In this document: positions 12,236-24,900 of the stretch, in pieces
How the letters are laid out: every line of letters begins with the position of its first letter
How positions within the stretch are numbered: position 1 is the first letter of the stretch
Origin: Lepidodermella squamata
Taxonomy: Eukaryota > Animalia > Gastrotricha
Direction: 5' to 3'
Assembly (NCBI GenBank): GCA_047495785.1
Contig: JBLDXI010000018.1
Span: 62,001 to 126,000, forward strand
Length of the DNA: 64,000 nt
Translations under genes and position numbers: made by a program
Notes under the pieces: generated by a model
What the model was told of the DNA's origin: nothing
Database searches by the model: none
The model's input: only the letters and a program-made list of their open reading frames with translations

Positions 12236-12619
12236 CAATCACTCCGAAGTCATTCGGCTTTTCCAGCATTTAGCAAGTAGCTCGTGACATCAATCGCGAC
12301 ATTACCGGAAATGTTGATTATAGCGGGGTTCTGGCGGATTGTCATGTATAATTCGGCAATATTCAGGTCAAAACCAGTTGCAGCAATGTTTTGACCTGGG
12401 CTAAAAACTGAAGCTAAAAATAACTCTCCGGCTAGGTTTCATCCCATTCGCACTATACACAAATTCTCAATTTATGTGGCGAATAATAATTGTTGCTAGA
12501 ATTTGGTAAAGGAAGTTAATTAATTAAAAGGAAGTTCATTGACGAATGACTTTCATTCGCTCCCCTGAACCTGAAAATCTTCGTCGATGTTTGCCGAGAT
12601 TCCCCGTAGCAACATTTCA

Positions 12620-12860
12620 ATGTCGTATTCTGTATTTTGTGAAAAATCTCCGTATCGCATGAAAAAATGTCACAAAATACAGAGCACGAGCCCTGTATTC
12701 TGTGATTTTCATGAATTACAGGCCGCCTTTCGTGAAAAATCCCCTATTTTGTGTAACCCTGATACGTAACGTGAGAAAACGCCGTATTTCGTGAAATCGG
12801 GCCACGTAACGTATAAACTGACCGTATTTCGTAAGAAATTGCCGCGTATCGTTAAAAACA
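12620..12860. repeat. Degenerate minisatellite (gtattt.gtgaaaa..c.c.cgta)
   Basis: Repeated cgtattt/cgtgaaaa/cgtaac motifs at roughly 30-45-nt spacing. Confidence 0.55.
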
Positions 12861-13325
12861 GTATAGGAAGGAGCGGGGGGTATGAAGGGGTTTACCCCCT
12901 CTTCGCGAGAAGTCGCGCCCCTGAAAAAGTTTTATCATGACCAGGAGCCTCGAATGAATTCAGCTTTTTAAATGAAAGATTTCAGTATTCTAGCAATTGG
13001 CTTTTCTGGTATGCATATTGACCCTTGGAAACCTGTAAAACGCAAAGTGAACAAAGGGGCGGGTCATTTTATACCCCAGCCGTGAAACCCCAAATGACGG
13101 CATTGAAAATTCTACAAACGAGTTACCGTTCTATTGATTCTATCAATTGAGCTTGAGAAAAAGTTCGGAATTAAACCAGTTTTTTCAAATGTCTATTTCT
13201 CATATTTTACATCACATTTACATTCGGCTCAGCCATTACATGATCGGTTTTCCAGCATATTCCCTCCTCTATTTCGAATATATACACATATTTTTTCACA
13301 TTTTTTCATGCGACCAATGTCTTAT

Positions 13326-13575
13326 TTCATCCGACAACCAAAAATGTGACTAACATCATCCGACATGAAACGATCGATTTTTCTCGATTTTCCTGAGTTC
13401 GATTTTTCCTTAGGGGCATAGCACTTTTCTACACCTTATTTTGGCCCCTGGACCGGCAGAATTTTATGGTGAAAGATCTATGGCGATCCGAGTAGTCACT
13501 TTTTTACTGTAATTTTTTGAAAATATGAAAAAGCAAGTCGGCAGGTTTAAGTCACATTTTTGGTTGTCGGATGAA
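13326..13575. mobile_element. Small inverted-repeat element (MITE-like)
   Basis: ttcatccgacaaccaaaaatgtgact (13326-13351) is the exact reverse complement of agtcacatttttggttgtcggatgaa (13550-13575). Confidence 0.65.
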
Positions 13576-13735
13576 AAAAGCTTTCCCCATATTTCCAACG
13601 TTTCGCTTTATTCATTCTATGTAAAACCTTTATTTACACTCACTCTGCTTTCTCCTCAGTAACATTTCACCTTACACCTTTCACAAATAACTATCAAGCT
13701 CTCAACAAATCTGCAAGCGGCGCCTCCTCTGCAAT

Positions 13736-15573
13736 TCATTGGGCACAAGACTCGTTCTCGACCTTAGCACATGTGTACTCGTAGCGGTGAGTGCCGCTAC
13801 CACTGCGTTTCAGTTGGAACTGTTGCAGCAACTTGCCATCGGTGCAGGTCGGGCGATGGCTGATGAGGGAAAACGTTGTCCCCTTCTGTTGAGTCTGTTC
13901 AGCGGCGTAGTTGGTCGCTTGGCTGGTTGTGGTGACCTTGCCCGCTACCTAAAAACACATAACTCAAAAACATCGGCAGTTTGATTTTCTAAATTCGCAC
14001 CAAGCAGCAAGTGTAGCTGTAGCTAACGCTGCCCTCGCCTGTTTTATCCCATCTTAGGACAAATTTGCTCATGACCTCGCTTGCATTGCATTGGACATTC
14101 TGCCTGTCAAGGAAATTGGTGTCACCGTAGTAGCCGGGGGTCCACGGGGTATTGACGTCGCGGCACGACACAGCGATGGGGGCAGCGCAGCACGTGTACG
14201 TGTACTGGAGGCCGGCGAGCTGTCTCAGCCCAAATGAAGTTAGATAACTGCCGGTGGGACAATTGACGGGGAGATTACTGAGAACAGAGGTGGTCGACAG
14301 TATCAAGGAATAGAAGTCCTTGCTTTTCAGAATGCTATTGGAGCACTTCTGATACCACTTGGCAGCTACATACATACAATATTTTTTTATTGATAACTGT
14401 GGCTTTTCAACTCACGGCATGTTTCTAGAATGGGATTGATAGGAGGGGTTCCTTGCACGGCGGTGATCTTTCCACAGAAGTATTCAAAGCGTGTAGTGCG
14501 CGTCGCTGCATCGCTTTGTGAGTGCCATCTCTGCATGATCTCACCGTTCCCGCACTCCAGTCGGTGATTATTAAAGGCATACGCCGAGCCGTATCCTGTC
14601 GTACTGTAATTTGTTGTTAGCACCCTGGTGTTAGCAGTAAATTTGCCGTCAAGCTAGAAGTAAAAAAACATGCGGGAGGTGGCGAAGACGAAAGTATCAC
14701 GCGGCAGAGAGAGAGAGATTCCCGTTAGTTTCCACGACTTTCCTGACCTGAGAGTCCTAACCTGAGTCATTAACTTCAGCGTGATGAAAACAAAACTGTA
14801 AAAATGAATATTTCCTCATTCATTCAATGATTTCCCTCATTCAATGATCCACGTGACTTGGATTGTTCAAAACAGATCTCCGAGCCTTTACCTCTGACCA
14901 TGAAGCCTGATATTCCACGTAGGTTTCAAACCATGGGTCGAGTGTAACAGGCGCTTTGAAAGCTTCAAGGACTTTTCAGCCATTGGAATGCTCGCTTAAA
15001 ATAGGGTTCTTACTCCCGTTCTCAGTGGAGCCTTACGACTACTAATGTAAATTTGGATGCCAAGTTCTTGATACTTACTTCGCAGCAAGTGTAGTCACAT
15101 TGGATCTGTCCTTTATTCTGATTGGTCAGCTGGAAGCCTTTCAGAACCTCATTGGCGTTGCACTTGATATCCTGTCTGTCCAGATAGGTAGCATTACTGC
15201 CATCTGTGGGGGCATTGGCAACCTGCCTGCACTTTCCGACTGCCGGGGACTTACAGCATTTGTACGCCATACGCATATTCGGAAAAAAAGCAACAATAGA
15301 AAACTCGATCCGCCATGCGCTCAGGTAGCTGCCGTCGGCGCAATTGACGGGATGATAGTCAAAATCAGAAAATGTGCTTCCACCCCAGGTGATCGGTCTT
15401 TCTGAGGTCTTAAACTCTTCATTCGAGCACTCCACAAGCTGGCCGGCTGTTGCAGTTGAATTACTTTCTGAAAAAAGTCGACATGTAAGCTACGATGAAT
15501 TTTAAAAGGGTGGAAACCCACGACTGCAGGCGATGCCCAAGGTCGCCGCGAGAACAGCAAGTATAAAGCTCAT
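13736..15573 (-). CDS. Secreted Cys-rich six-repeat protein B, paralogue of A, ~418 aa
   Basis: Exons 15522-15573, 15079-15467, 14416-14653, 14001-14365, 13736-13948 (1257 nt, in frame). Same intron positions and phases as gene A; signal peptide MSFILAVLAATLGIACS. Confidence 0.85.
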
Positions 15574-16402
15574 CTTATAATAACAATTCCTATTGGGTTC
15601 CAATTTACAGTTTTATTTGAAACGAAGAATAAATAGATGACACTTTCGCCGGTCGAGCGTCTTGTGTATGTTCATGAACGGAGTTATTTTTAAATTAACG
15701 ACAACTGAACATATAATTCCCGCCGAAAACAACGTGGATGTGGGGGCAGATACGCAGCAACTGTTTGCCAGCATCAATTGTATCATGATCGAAATATTAT
15801 AATCTACCGCGTATTAGTTCCGCTTGCAGCACGGGCGACTAAAAGTTTAACCTTGAAATGTTGAAGCACAATTTTTCGGCGAATCGTTCATTTTTGATTT
15901 TTTCGAACTGACTCAACTCCTCAACCCTGGGCTATTACGATTAGGGATGGGCGACTATTAGTGAAAGTGCTACTAATGGAACAAATACCTTATACCGTAA
16001 ATGTCGAATTACTAACCCGAGCTTAAGCAAATTTAAAACTGCGAAAATTGGCCACAATTGGTTCTGAATTAGAGTCATCTTCGACTGTTGACTGCCGACG
16101 ATTTTGAATGATCCGACTCTGAAGTAGCGAAATTAAAAGGCTGACTCTAGGAATAGCTAGAACTAAACACGTGAGAAATGTCGCGGATTTATTTATTTAA
16201 GTGCATAAATCCCAAAGTTGAGAGCACGATAACAAACAGTTTCGAGAGGTATATAAAAGTGGCAGAAAATTCAAGTCATGTTTCAGTACGTTTCAAAGTT
16301 TGATAATAACAAATAAACGGATAAAATTAGAAACATTTCCATCAGGAACGCTTGGGAACTTCGAAAGACTTATTGGATAGTCAGAATCAGCGTGAAAAGT
16401 AA

Positions 16403-16701
16403 GGGCGGGCTGTAAATTTACGCACTTCTTCTAAATCTTGTAAATCTTCTAAAATGGGGAAGAAATGGGGGAAAGAAAGATCACAACTTATGTGCATCCA
16501 GTGTGCGACTTTCAGTGGGGATGGGGGATATTCACGTAGAACATCTCACTAGCTTTACACGGCGGTGGTAGCAGTCAACTCCGAGTGAGCGATTTATGTA
16601 GAGTGCGCGCACCCGCACACTTGAATTTCGATCTGCGATATTATTTCCCCCCATTTCCCTCCCGTTTTGGAAGATAATAGAGCGCAAATTTAAGCCCTCC
16701 C
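16403..16701. mobile_element. Old MITE, PIF/Harbinger-like
   Basis: ggg.gggct.taaattt.cgc...aaaa.ggg.a.gaaatggggg at the left end is mirrored at ~16638-16701; TAA on both flanks. Confidence 0.55.
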
Positions 16702-18050
16702 TAAACGTTCTCTTTTCGGTTTAAACTTAAACTTCAACTTTATTGGCGTGCAATTCACATAGCACATAGTAATGATACTTATCACAGACACTCGCGTGTT
16801 TTAGTGGAAAATCCTCAGCATTTTCTCGCTTCGCTCGCTTTTTAGTCGAAAAGACTAGTCATTTTAGCGAAAACAGCAAAAAAATGTTCCGTCCCTGGCA
16901 GCTCTAGAATTCAAATTGCACCCTGTCCATTGCCAACAGCAAACAACAGTCCTGCATTACCCATTGTTAATGAATTATCTGACGCAGTGGCAACTGGCAA
17001 CACCAGCAATGGTAACGATGGCAGCAATTTCAACAACCAGGACTGTTGAATGAGAGTCGGAAACTTTTCGGCGCAAGAAATTAACTCTTAATTTGCTACC
17101 TCAGGCATGAGACGTACGATAGGACGCAGCGGCTCGTAGAAAATCAGAATTAATGCGATTTTTTTAATGATGTGCAACTTGCTGATTTTTCTCTATATTA
17201 AAGTGTGCATATTCACACTTCTAGGTCATTATTTTTGTTCGAGGAAATATTATGGAAGCTTCGAAGCCGCGGCGTCCTATAGTACGTTTCATGACCTCGG
17301 GGGCTTCTCATCGCATCTCGGGAGCGCAGTTTAATTCAGTCGTCGCCAGACCTCGTGATTTGATTGCCGTTTCGACGAACCGCGTCGTAACGCGTGAGCG
17401 TCAATTGCGCCTGGTAGTTCAGAAATCCTCCGGTCTCCGAGACTCCCGTCGACGACGGTACCTGTTCGCAAGAAAAACGCACTCTGCTGCTTGCCAAAAA
17501 ATCGCCCATCACTTTGAAGTCGTCCGGCAGTAACAATCGATTGAGCATTGAGCCAATCAATCGTGACATTGCTACAATCCCGGAATGTTGAGTATAGCGG
17601 GGATCTGGCGTTTTGACTTGAGAAATACGTCGATATTGAGGTCAAAACCAGCAGCGGCAGGGTTTTGAACTTGACAATATCAAAGGCTAAGAATAATTTC
17701 GTACAATTCGTACTAGCGGAGGGCGGCTTATACAGTAATTCTCATAGTTATGTGGTAATAAAATTATTAAGAAATTCTTTGGTAATGATAATTAATTAAT
17801 ATTTATTATCGCAATTAGTATTATTTTTATTATTACTATACTTTTACCGTTAGCGCTAGCAAACAATTGCTGCGTCTCTGCCCACACATCCACATTGTTT
17901 TTCGGTGTAAAGTATGCTCAGTTGTCGTCGGGTTAAAAATAAAAATGTGTCCTAAGAAACCTCAAGAAGCTCGACCGGCCGAAGCATCATCTAGTCATTC
18001 ATTCGCTTTTCGTTTTAATTCAAACTGTCAATTAAAACCTTCTTCTCAAG

Positions 18051-18837
18051 ATGAGTTTCACACTGGCTGTTCTTGCGGCGACTTTGGGCATTGCCTACAG
18101 TCGTGAGTTTCCAACCCCCTTGTTAATACATCATTAGTTTATGTCGAATTTGTTTTTTCCAGAAACGTGCACGAATGACATCAAGACCGCCTCCACCTAT
18201 GGCTCCGGCGGTTTGATCGATCTTAGCAGCCATGTCGTCTTGTGCACCGACGGCAACTACCTGTCGACGTGGTCGATGGCGTTCATGGGATATTCATATG
18301 GCATGCGAGTGCAGTTTTCATACAACTGCTGCCCGGCCCCGTCTGTTGGAACGTGCAGGCAGGTGATGAATGACAAGACGCCTGCCAAATTGGTGTTCGA
18401 CCTGGACCAGCAGGATATCAAGTGCAACGCCAATGAGGTGCTGAAAGGCTTCCGCTACATTGGTGACGGCAAACAGGCGCAATACGTTTACCAGTGCTGC
18501 CAGGCAAGTATTGAGAGCATGTCATTTATTTAAACGACGTTGGGCTCTCCTTATGCCTCATGAGGATCCCTTCCATGAGATCGCACACATATTTCAACTG
18601 TGTAACCTGTCTTTTGTTTCACATTTGCAGGTTGGCGGCACTGTCACCACTAGGACACTATCGACGAAAGACGACAATTATGGTGCCTACGTCGCTAACG
18701 TCGGTAACTTTGTGTTCCCCTTATCAAAGCACGTTCCAACTTGCGCGGCTGGTGAGGCCTTGCAGAGGTGGCATCCAGTACACAATGCCGCCAGCAAATT
18801 GCTGCACATTGATTACACCTGCGCCACCATCAATTAA
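18051..18837 (+). CDS. Secreted Cys-rich three-repeat protein C (half-length inverted paralogue), ~199 aa
   Basis: Exons 18051-18102, 18163-18503, 18631-18837 (600 nt). Intron 2 uses a GC donor (cag|gcaagt) at the position homologous to GT introns in A and B. AATAAA at ~18908. Confidence 0.85.
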
Positions 18838-20173
18838 ATCAATCCGCCGTCAATACTTCCGGGGAAGGCCGGTGAAGGAAGAGTGAGAGTCCGGTGAAAG
18901 AGGAATGAATAAAGCGGAACATTAGAAATATGGTCTTTTTGCTATGCTTCTAACAGATAACTTCTCTCGGTCAAAAGAACCTTCCCGCAGTTCATGCCGA
19001 GTGATGAAAGATTCAAACCATACACCGGATGAATGAAGAGGTGACGTTTCGGCTGGTCGAGTAGCGTCTTGAGATTATTTAGGACAGAGATTTTTATTTC
19101 GACGAAAACTGAGCGTAATTATCTCCACCGAAAGCTCAAAATCACACCTAAATCACACAACAAATTATACCGAGCAACAAATGGTCGTTAAGCCCCACGA
19201 TGGTGCCACTTGGCGGCTTGCGAATTTGAACCTCGGCTAGGCTCAGAAGAGAAGGAAAGTAATTATTTAATAAATGAGGCCAAAAACTGCTGCAACAGCG
19301 TTTCGCACTCAAAAACTCTCAGGGAAGCTGCATAATTTCTTCTACGTAAAGAGAGCAGCCTATACAGTAATTTTCTCGTCAAGTTGTGAAAAGTATTATT
19401 AGAAATATTTGCTGATGGATATTAATTAATTATAATAATAGAAAAAAGCATCATTATTAATTTTCCGTTAGCAAACAGTCGCCGCGTATCTGCCCCCACA
19501 GCCGAGCTGTTCTTCGGTAGAAAACCTTCACTCGACGCCATGTTTAAAAGAACTCCGCCTATAAACAACTGCAAGAAGCTTAACCCTCAACCAGCTGGAG
19601 TGCCAACTAGCCCTACGTCTGCCTTCTGTTTTAAATTCTTTTGAGTCTTGGATCCTAGCCATTCATTTGCGTTTTGCGTTTAATTCAACTGTCATCAATT
19701 GAAGCTTTTTTCGTGAGTCTGAGATATTTTCGATCTCTTTGAGCTTGATGCATGATGATGAGAAAACTCAATCTGCTCATTTCCAGAAAAATTGGTTGCT
19801 TTTGGACTTTTTGGATAAGTTCATTCTTGATCTTTCTCAGACCGGCGTTTGAACTGCAGAACAACGCCGAACACAGGGGGTGTAAATGTCTGCCGAACAA
19901 ATGGGTGAAATCGGATTTTACTGATTTGTTCGGCTTCTTTATGCCAATTTGTTCGTCCTTGTTCGGAAATTCAAGGAAAATAATTTCAGCCAAACAAAAT
20001 TGTGAAGGCTTCTGATGACTGGTGAAACTAGTTACCGTTTCTCGGTGGATTATATTCTTGAACATGCAGCTACTGACTACTGATCATGAAGAAGAAGAAA
20101 AGCAATATTGATGAAGTGCGTCCGTGAAAGAGACTAGAATTTTAATAGGTGTTTCTTTAAATTTACTGAAATT

Positions 20174-21435
20174 TTAGCCCATCATTTTGCTGAAATAATA
20201 GCCATCGACGATGACACTCATAAGAATAACGGCAACTGAAAAGCTAACATCAGCGATGCGCAGAACTTTCATCGGCAACTTTTCCATGTCGAAATGGTGG
20301 GCTGACACAGCGAAAGTTAGCAGCTCGTAAAAACTCAAAATAAGTCCCATGGTGAATTTGAAAGTGACAATCTTCACAAGGTAGACTGTTTCCGATGTTC
20401 TGGGAATGTTGCTGTAAACTAGAGACAGAATAACGGAGAAAGCCAGAACCAGAGTGACCCCGATATTTGCCCGATCTGGCACATCGGGCGTCATGATCAG
20501 CGTGCAAATTTGAAGTACATACAGCGCAATTACAGGCAGAAAGATGTTTGCTGTAAAATAGTCGGCTCGACGTTTAAATTTAACCGGAAAAATCAGCCGG
20601 GGAACGTCGTTTTCTGATGTTTGGTTTGAATAGGCTATTCGCGCTTTGCCACATCCTTCAAAAGCCCAAATATCGGTATCACTGATGAAGCTATCTGTTG
20701 CTCCGTCGTCTATGCCGAACCATGTTATGTTAAAATCAATCATTGCAGCTCCGTCATCGCTGTCGAAAATGAGTGAGCATTCAAGCGAATCGAATGGGAA
20801 TTTGGTGAATGAAAATTGATCGCACACTGAGTCCAATCGAAAGAAATCGAAGGCTAAAAGGCTGTTGTCCCAAAATGGGTAGATGTAAAGCTTTTGCCGC
20901 TTGTGCCTGCGTAAATATTAAAGGGTATTAAAGGCAGTTACTGTGTCAAATTTACGACAGCAGAGTTCGAGGGTTACTCTGAGCATTAATGTGGCTGAAC
21001 TGGGGCAACCAGGACGATCCAGCTAGCCGTTGAATATACGCGTACTCGCGTTTTGGACGGGAATTAAAGCCCTTGCACAGAGTTTTGTTTTGGTATAAAT
21101 CCATGCAGGTCGGGATTGGGCAGATGGTTTTCCATGAAAAGGCGAATTGAACCGTCAGCGAAAGGCTTTTAATAAGGAATTCACACAAACTGTGAAAAAA
21201 CTATATTTTCTCACCTTTGCGAGAGATCGTCAATGCCCATGAATCGGAAAAGTGAAAATTGAACGTTCACAGTCAAAGGCTGGCCTGTTTTTACGAACCA
21301 AGCCGATGGCATTGACGTGGAAGCTGCTTCTGGGCAAAATAAGTCGAAAGCTTTTTCGAGAGGCATTTCGGCTGGCAAATCTGCGATTGCGGCTGCGCAG
21401 AAACTCAAGAGAAAAGGCAAAACTAGTTGCTTCAT
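20174..21435 (-). CDS. Divergent Cys-loop ligand-gated ion channel subunit (LGIC-3), ~387 aa
   Basis: Exons 21215-21435, 20956-21165, 20174-20906 (1164 nt). Exons 2 and 3 have the same lengths as in LGIC-2 (210 and 733 nt); Cys-loop CDQFSFTKFPFDSLEC; four TM helices. Confidence 0.92.
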
Positions 21436-21920
21436 TTCTCACTTGCTAAATGAGGGATCAACTCAACAAAGCTCAAGCTACGCAATTGCAATTGTTAAAG
21501 GCTGAAACTGTGTGTCTAATTGATTGCCTGTCAATACGGGTGGAGATATGCAGAGCTTCCGATTACTTCGTTCGACTGAAATATACCAAGGATGCCATAC
21601 AGTGCTAATAGATTACATTCATGTTCTATCATCCGAATCACTGTTTGCTAACTGCTGTACAGTAAAAGGTTCGCAAAAGATCGATGAAACCGAAATTAAT
21701 CATGGCAGTTTTATTACAAATTGTTCGAAAAATTCATCAACAAAAAGATGATAACGAAAAAATTGGGTCTAAAGAGTGATAGAAAATTCATTCATCCAAC
21801 GAAAACAAAAATAGGCATCATCAATTGTTGCGTTCAAAAAGGCAATGCGTTGAACAAGTTTCGAGGTGGTGTTTTGAAGAGACTAAAGTAATCGACATGA
21901 AATATAATGTTTACACATAA

Positions 21921-24900
21921 TCAACATTCGCCGACAAATAGCAAATACTCGCGCATTTTCTCGTCGCCGATCGACTCGCAGCGAGACAGCGCAGCCATAG
22001 CCGCCATCGACGGGACAACGCTTGATTTTCGAATAACCCGCGGCTGATGGCTGAATTCATCTGAAGAAGATGAATCAATAGCGATTTTCCTCTTGTGGCG
22101 AGTTCGGTAGACGGCTCGTTTCGCGAGCTCTTTAAGCCCAGTTGACGATGAGCTCGATTCCGTGAGCATTGCTAGTTGCTTTGAATCGATCAGCGTGGCA
22201 GTGGAGGAAGATTTCTTGCGTCTTTGAGCTGCTTCTGGCAGTTGTTGCAGGCTTCGCTTCGATGGCAGTGTCTGGTAGAAATCTTCCGAGGTTGATTGCG
22301 TGAAGTAGGTTGTTGTGCTGCTTCTCATCATGCCACAGCTTGATTCGTCCGGCGAAGGGAACGACGTTAACAACAGAGGCTCGTCATCAATCTATTTGAG
22401 CACACAATGTAAAGCATTAATTTCACAATTCGATAATGGTCATAATGCGAACACAGCAAACGTTACTAAAGCAGGAAAATGTTCATTCAAAGGGTTATTC
22501 GGCTATTGAAAGTGTCGGTGGGGAAGTTTTAGCATACGACGGTATTTTTAGGATTAACCGACGTTAAGAAGAAAGAGAACACATTTAAAATCACCGTCAT
22601 AAATTTCGGAAAACTAATGAAATACCTACGGTGTAAAGAATTAGAAAATCTCAAATCTGAAAGCCTCTCAGATTTTTGGGACCCTTTGGTTTTTTCTGCC
22701 GAGTCCTAGAAAACAAGTAGTAGAAAACACCTCAGCTCCCGGATCCTACTTCGCACACCGCTTAAGGCAAAGGAGGAAACCCCCTAAAACCCCCCATAAA
22801 ATGTTGGGTCAAAAATAACCCCTGGTTTGAGGATCCTACTTCGAAATGCGTCAGGAGAAATAGCGGTAGAATATGGGCATGAGCGAAAGTAAAGATCGCG
22901 TTCAGAGCTACAACGGAGATTCAATTGAAAATTGAAGCTAAAATTTTCGGTTGAACTTGAAATGCAAGAAAAGATTACTTGAATTTATCCATGCACATAG
23001 AAGAGATAGGTTTATAGGTTCAACATCTCATCCAACCAATACGACGTAGACAGGTGTTACGAGGTGAGGAAAAAAATGGGTGAGGACAGACATGGGAAAC
23101 GAACAACACTGATGTACCTTCAAAATCTTTACATATAGAACCGGGATGTATGATAAGCGCAACTTTTCCATCAATACGACGCCTATAGTTGTTTTTCCCA
23201 CGAAAAGTAAAAAATATAGTTGACATTATCCATAGATTAGCCTGCCATCAAATAAGTTACCTGGTAGGCAGGTGGTCTCAACTGCTGACCTTGATCCCTT
23301 CAAACCAAAAACAAACGCAGAATTAGCGACTAGGTCAAACTAACTTTTTGCTCTAATCTAGGGTCATGTCCGGCTAGTGATTTCGATCGAACAGCTGCAA
23401 TAGGGGCATCGCGGTGGTAGGCGGCCCATGTGAATAGCCGCCGCCTTTCGAACGGTTTTGCCGTGCCCTTCCGCAACGAAAGACTTTGCATTCAAATAAG
23501 GGTTAGTCATGCAACATTGCACTACAACAAAATATTCGGAGAAAATGTGTAAAAACTTGCCAGAAACAAAACGCGCCGATGGTCGCGAAAATGACTATGC
23601 CAACCATAACGCCGACGACCAGCCAAATCCACCAGGCCCACATGTTCTCGAGAAACGCGGCCCAGCCCGTATCCTGCGGCTCGCTTGTCGTTGTATGATC
23701 TATGGCGCCGAAGCCAACGCTAGTGCTTGGAACAATGATTATCACAGCTGATGAATTGCCGCTCGCCGCCGGCTTCTCCTCGTCCTCAATTATCGGCTGG
23801 TACTCCCTCTCGCCGGACGAGTCTGTTGGAATAGCTGTTGTAACAGAATGATGCGTCGTCTCTATCAATGCTGGCTGTGGAGTTGAGGTGACTTCCAGCA
23901 AATTTTCTACCCGCCCAGCCGTCGAAATGAACTGGCTATCAACCTCACTAGAGCTACTTGTAAGGTCCTGAACTGTACTGAGGATCCTAGCCGCTGTAGT
24001 TTGAACTACAGCTGTTGTTTCAGGTGAAGTAGTTGTAGTCACCCTGGTAGTTGTTGTCTCGATCGGAGCTGCGGTAGTCGCTAGAATATTACTACTCCTC
24101 TTAGTGGTTGTTGTAGAAGTTCTCAGCGTGGTATTGATGATCATAGGCATAAAAATCGGCCAGATAGTTCTGGCTTGAGTTGCCTGCGTTAGTGTCGTGT
24201 AAATCGGAACGACAGGCGGTGCTTCTGTAGCATTCTGCCCTGGAGCCAAGTTGTTAATAGCCCCAGATTGTAAAAGCGGAGATTTCGTTTTCAGTTGCGG
24301 CAGGTCTGAAGAGCACTCGCCAACAGTAACGTTTTTGAACAGAATTATGCGGGTAGACATTTCCCTCGAGCTGCTCATGTACCGGTAAGGCCAGGAAGAT
24401 TTCAGTAGAGCTGAATGATCATCGCCAACTACAAGGACTTCGTAAAGAGCCAGGCCGACTCGGACCCGGCGTTGGTCCACAGTGCGGATGAGATCGAAAT
24501 TGACTGCTAGTTGGATGAGACCTGTTGAAGAGTTGAAATCGAGGACTGAGAACATATTCCGCCACGAATGGCTGTGCTGCATCGCCGTCATGTCGTCGTA
24601 GAACGTTGAGTATCCGTTGTAGGTTACTTGGATGAAGTGGACGTGAAAATTGGCCAGGATCGAACTCATAAACTTATCCCTTAAAATAAGAAAAAAGTGA
24701 TTAGTTATTGTGTGCGCACTAATTAGCCCCAAAGAGTACCGGCGCGCACTAATTGATGCAAATAAGGTCACGTAATACAACCGCAAGTAAAACCCAGGTT
24801 TGTAACCACTTGTTCGATAGCTCTTAATGAGGTGAGTTCATCGAATTAAGACTCACCTGTCCTTTGAGTACAAGGAACGAGTTGCATTAGGATCTCGAGG

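Noticed and set aside
19685-20065. 126-aa ATG-initiated ORF downstream of LGIC-3
   Set aside because: No recognisable domain, signal peptide or paralogue, and its end overlaps an orphan 5'UTR-like copy. It cannot be supported as a gene, though a relic is not excluded.
9940-21435. Calling the channels nAChR alpha subunits or bacterial GLIC/ELIC transfers
   Set aside because: They lack the loop C vicinal cysteines and the loop B Trp, so are not alpha subunits. They have a disulfide Cys-loop and introns, so are not recent bacterial transfers.
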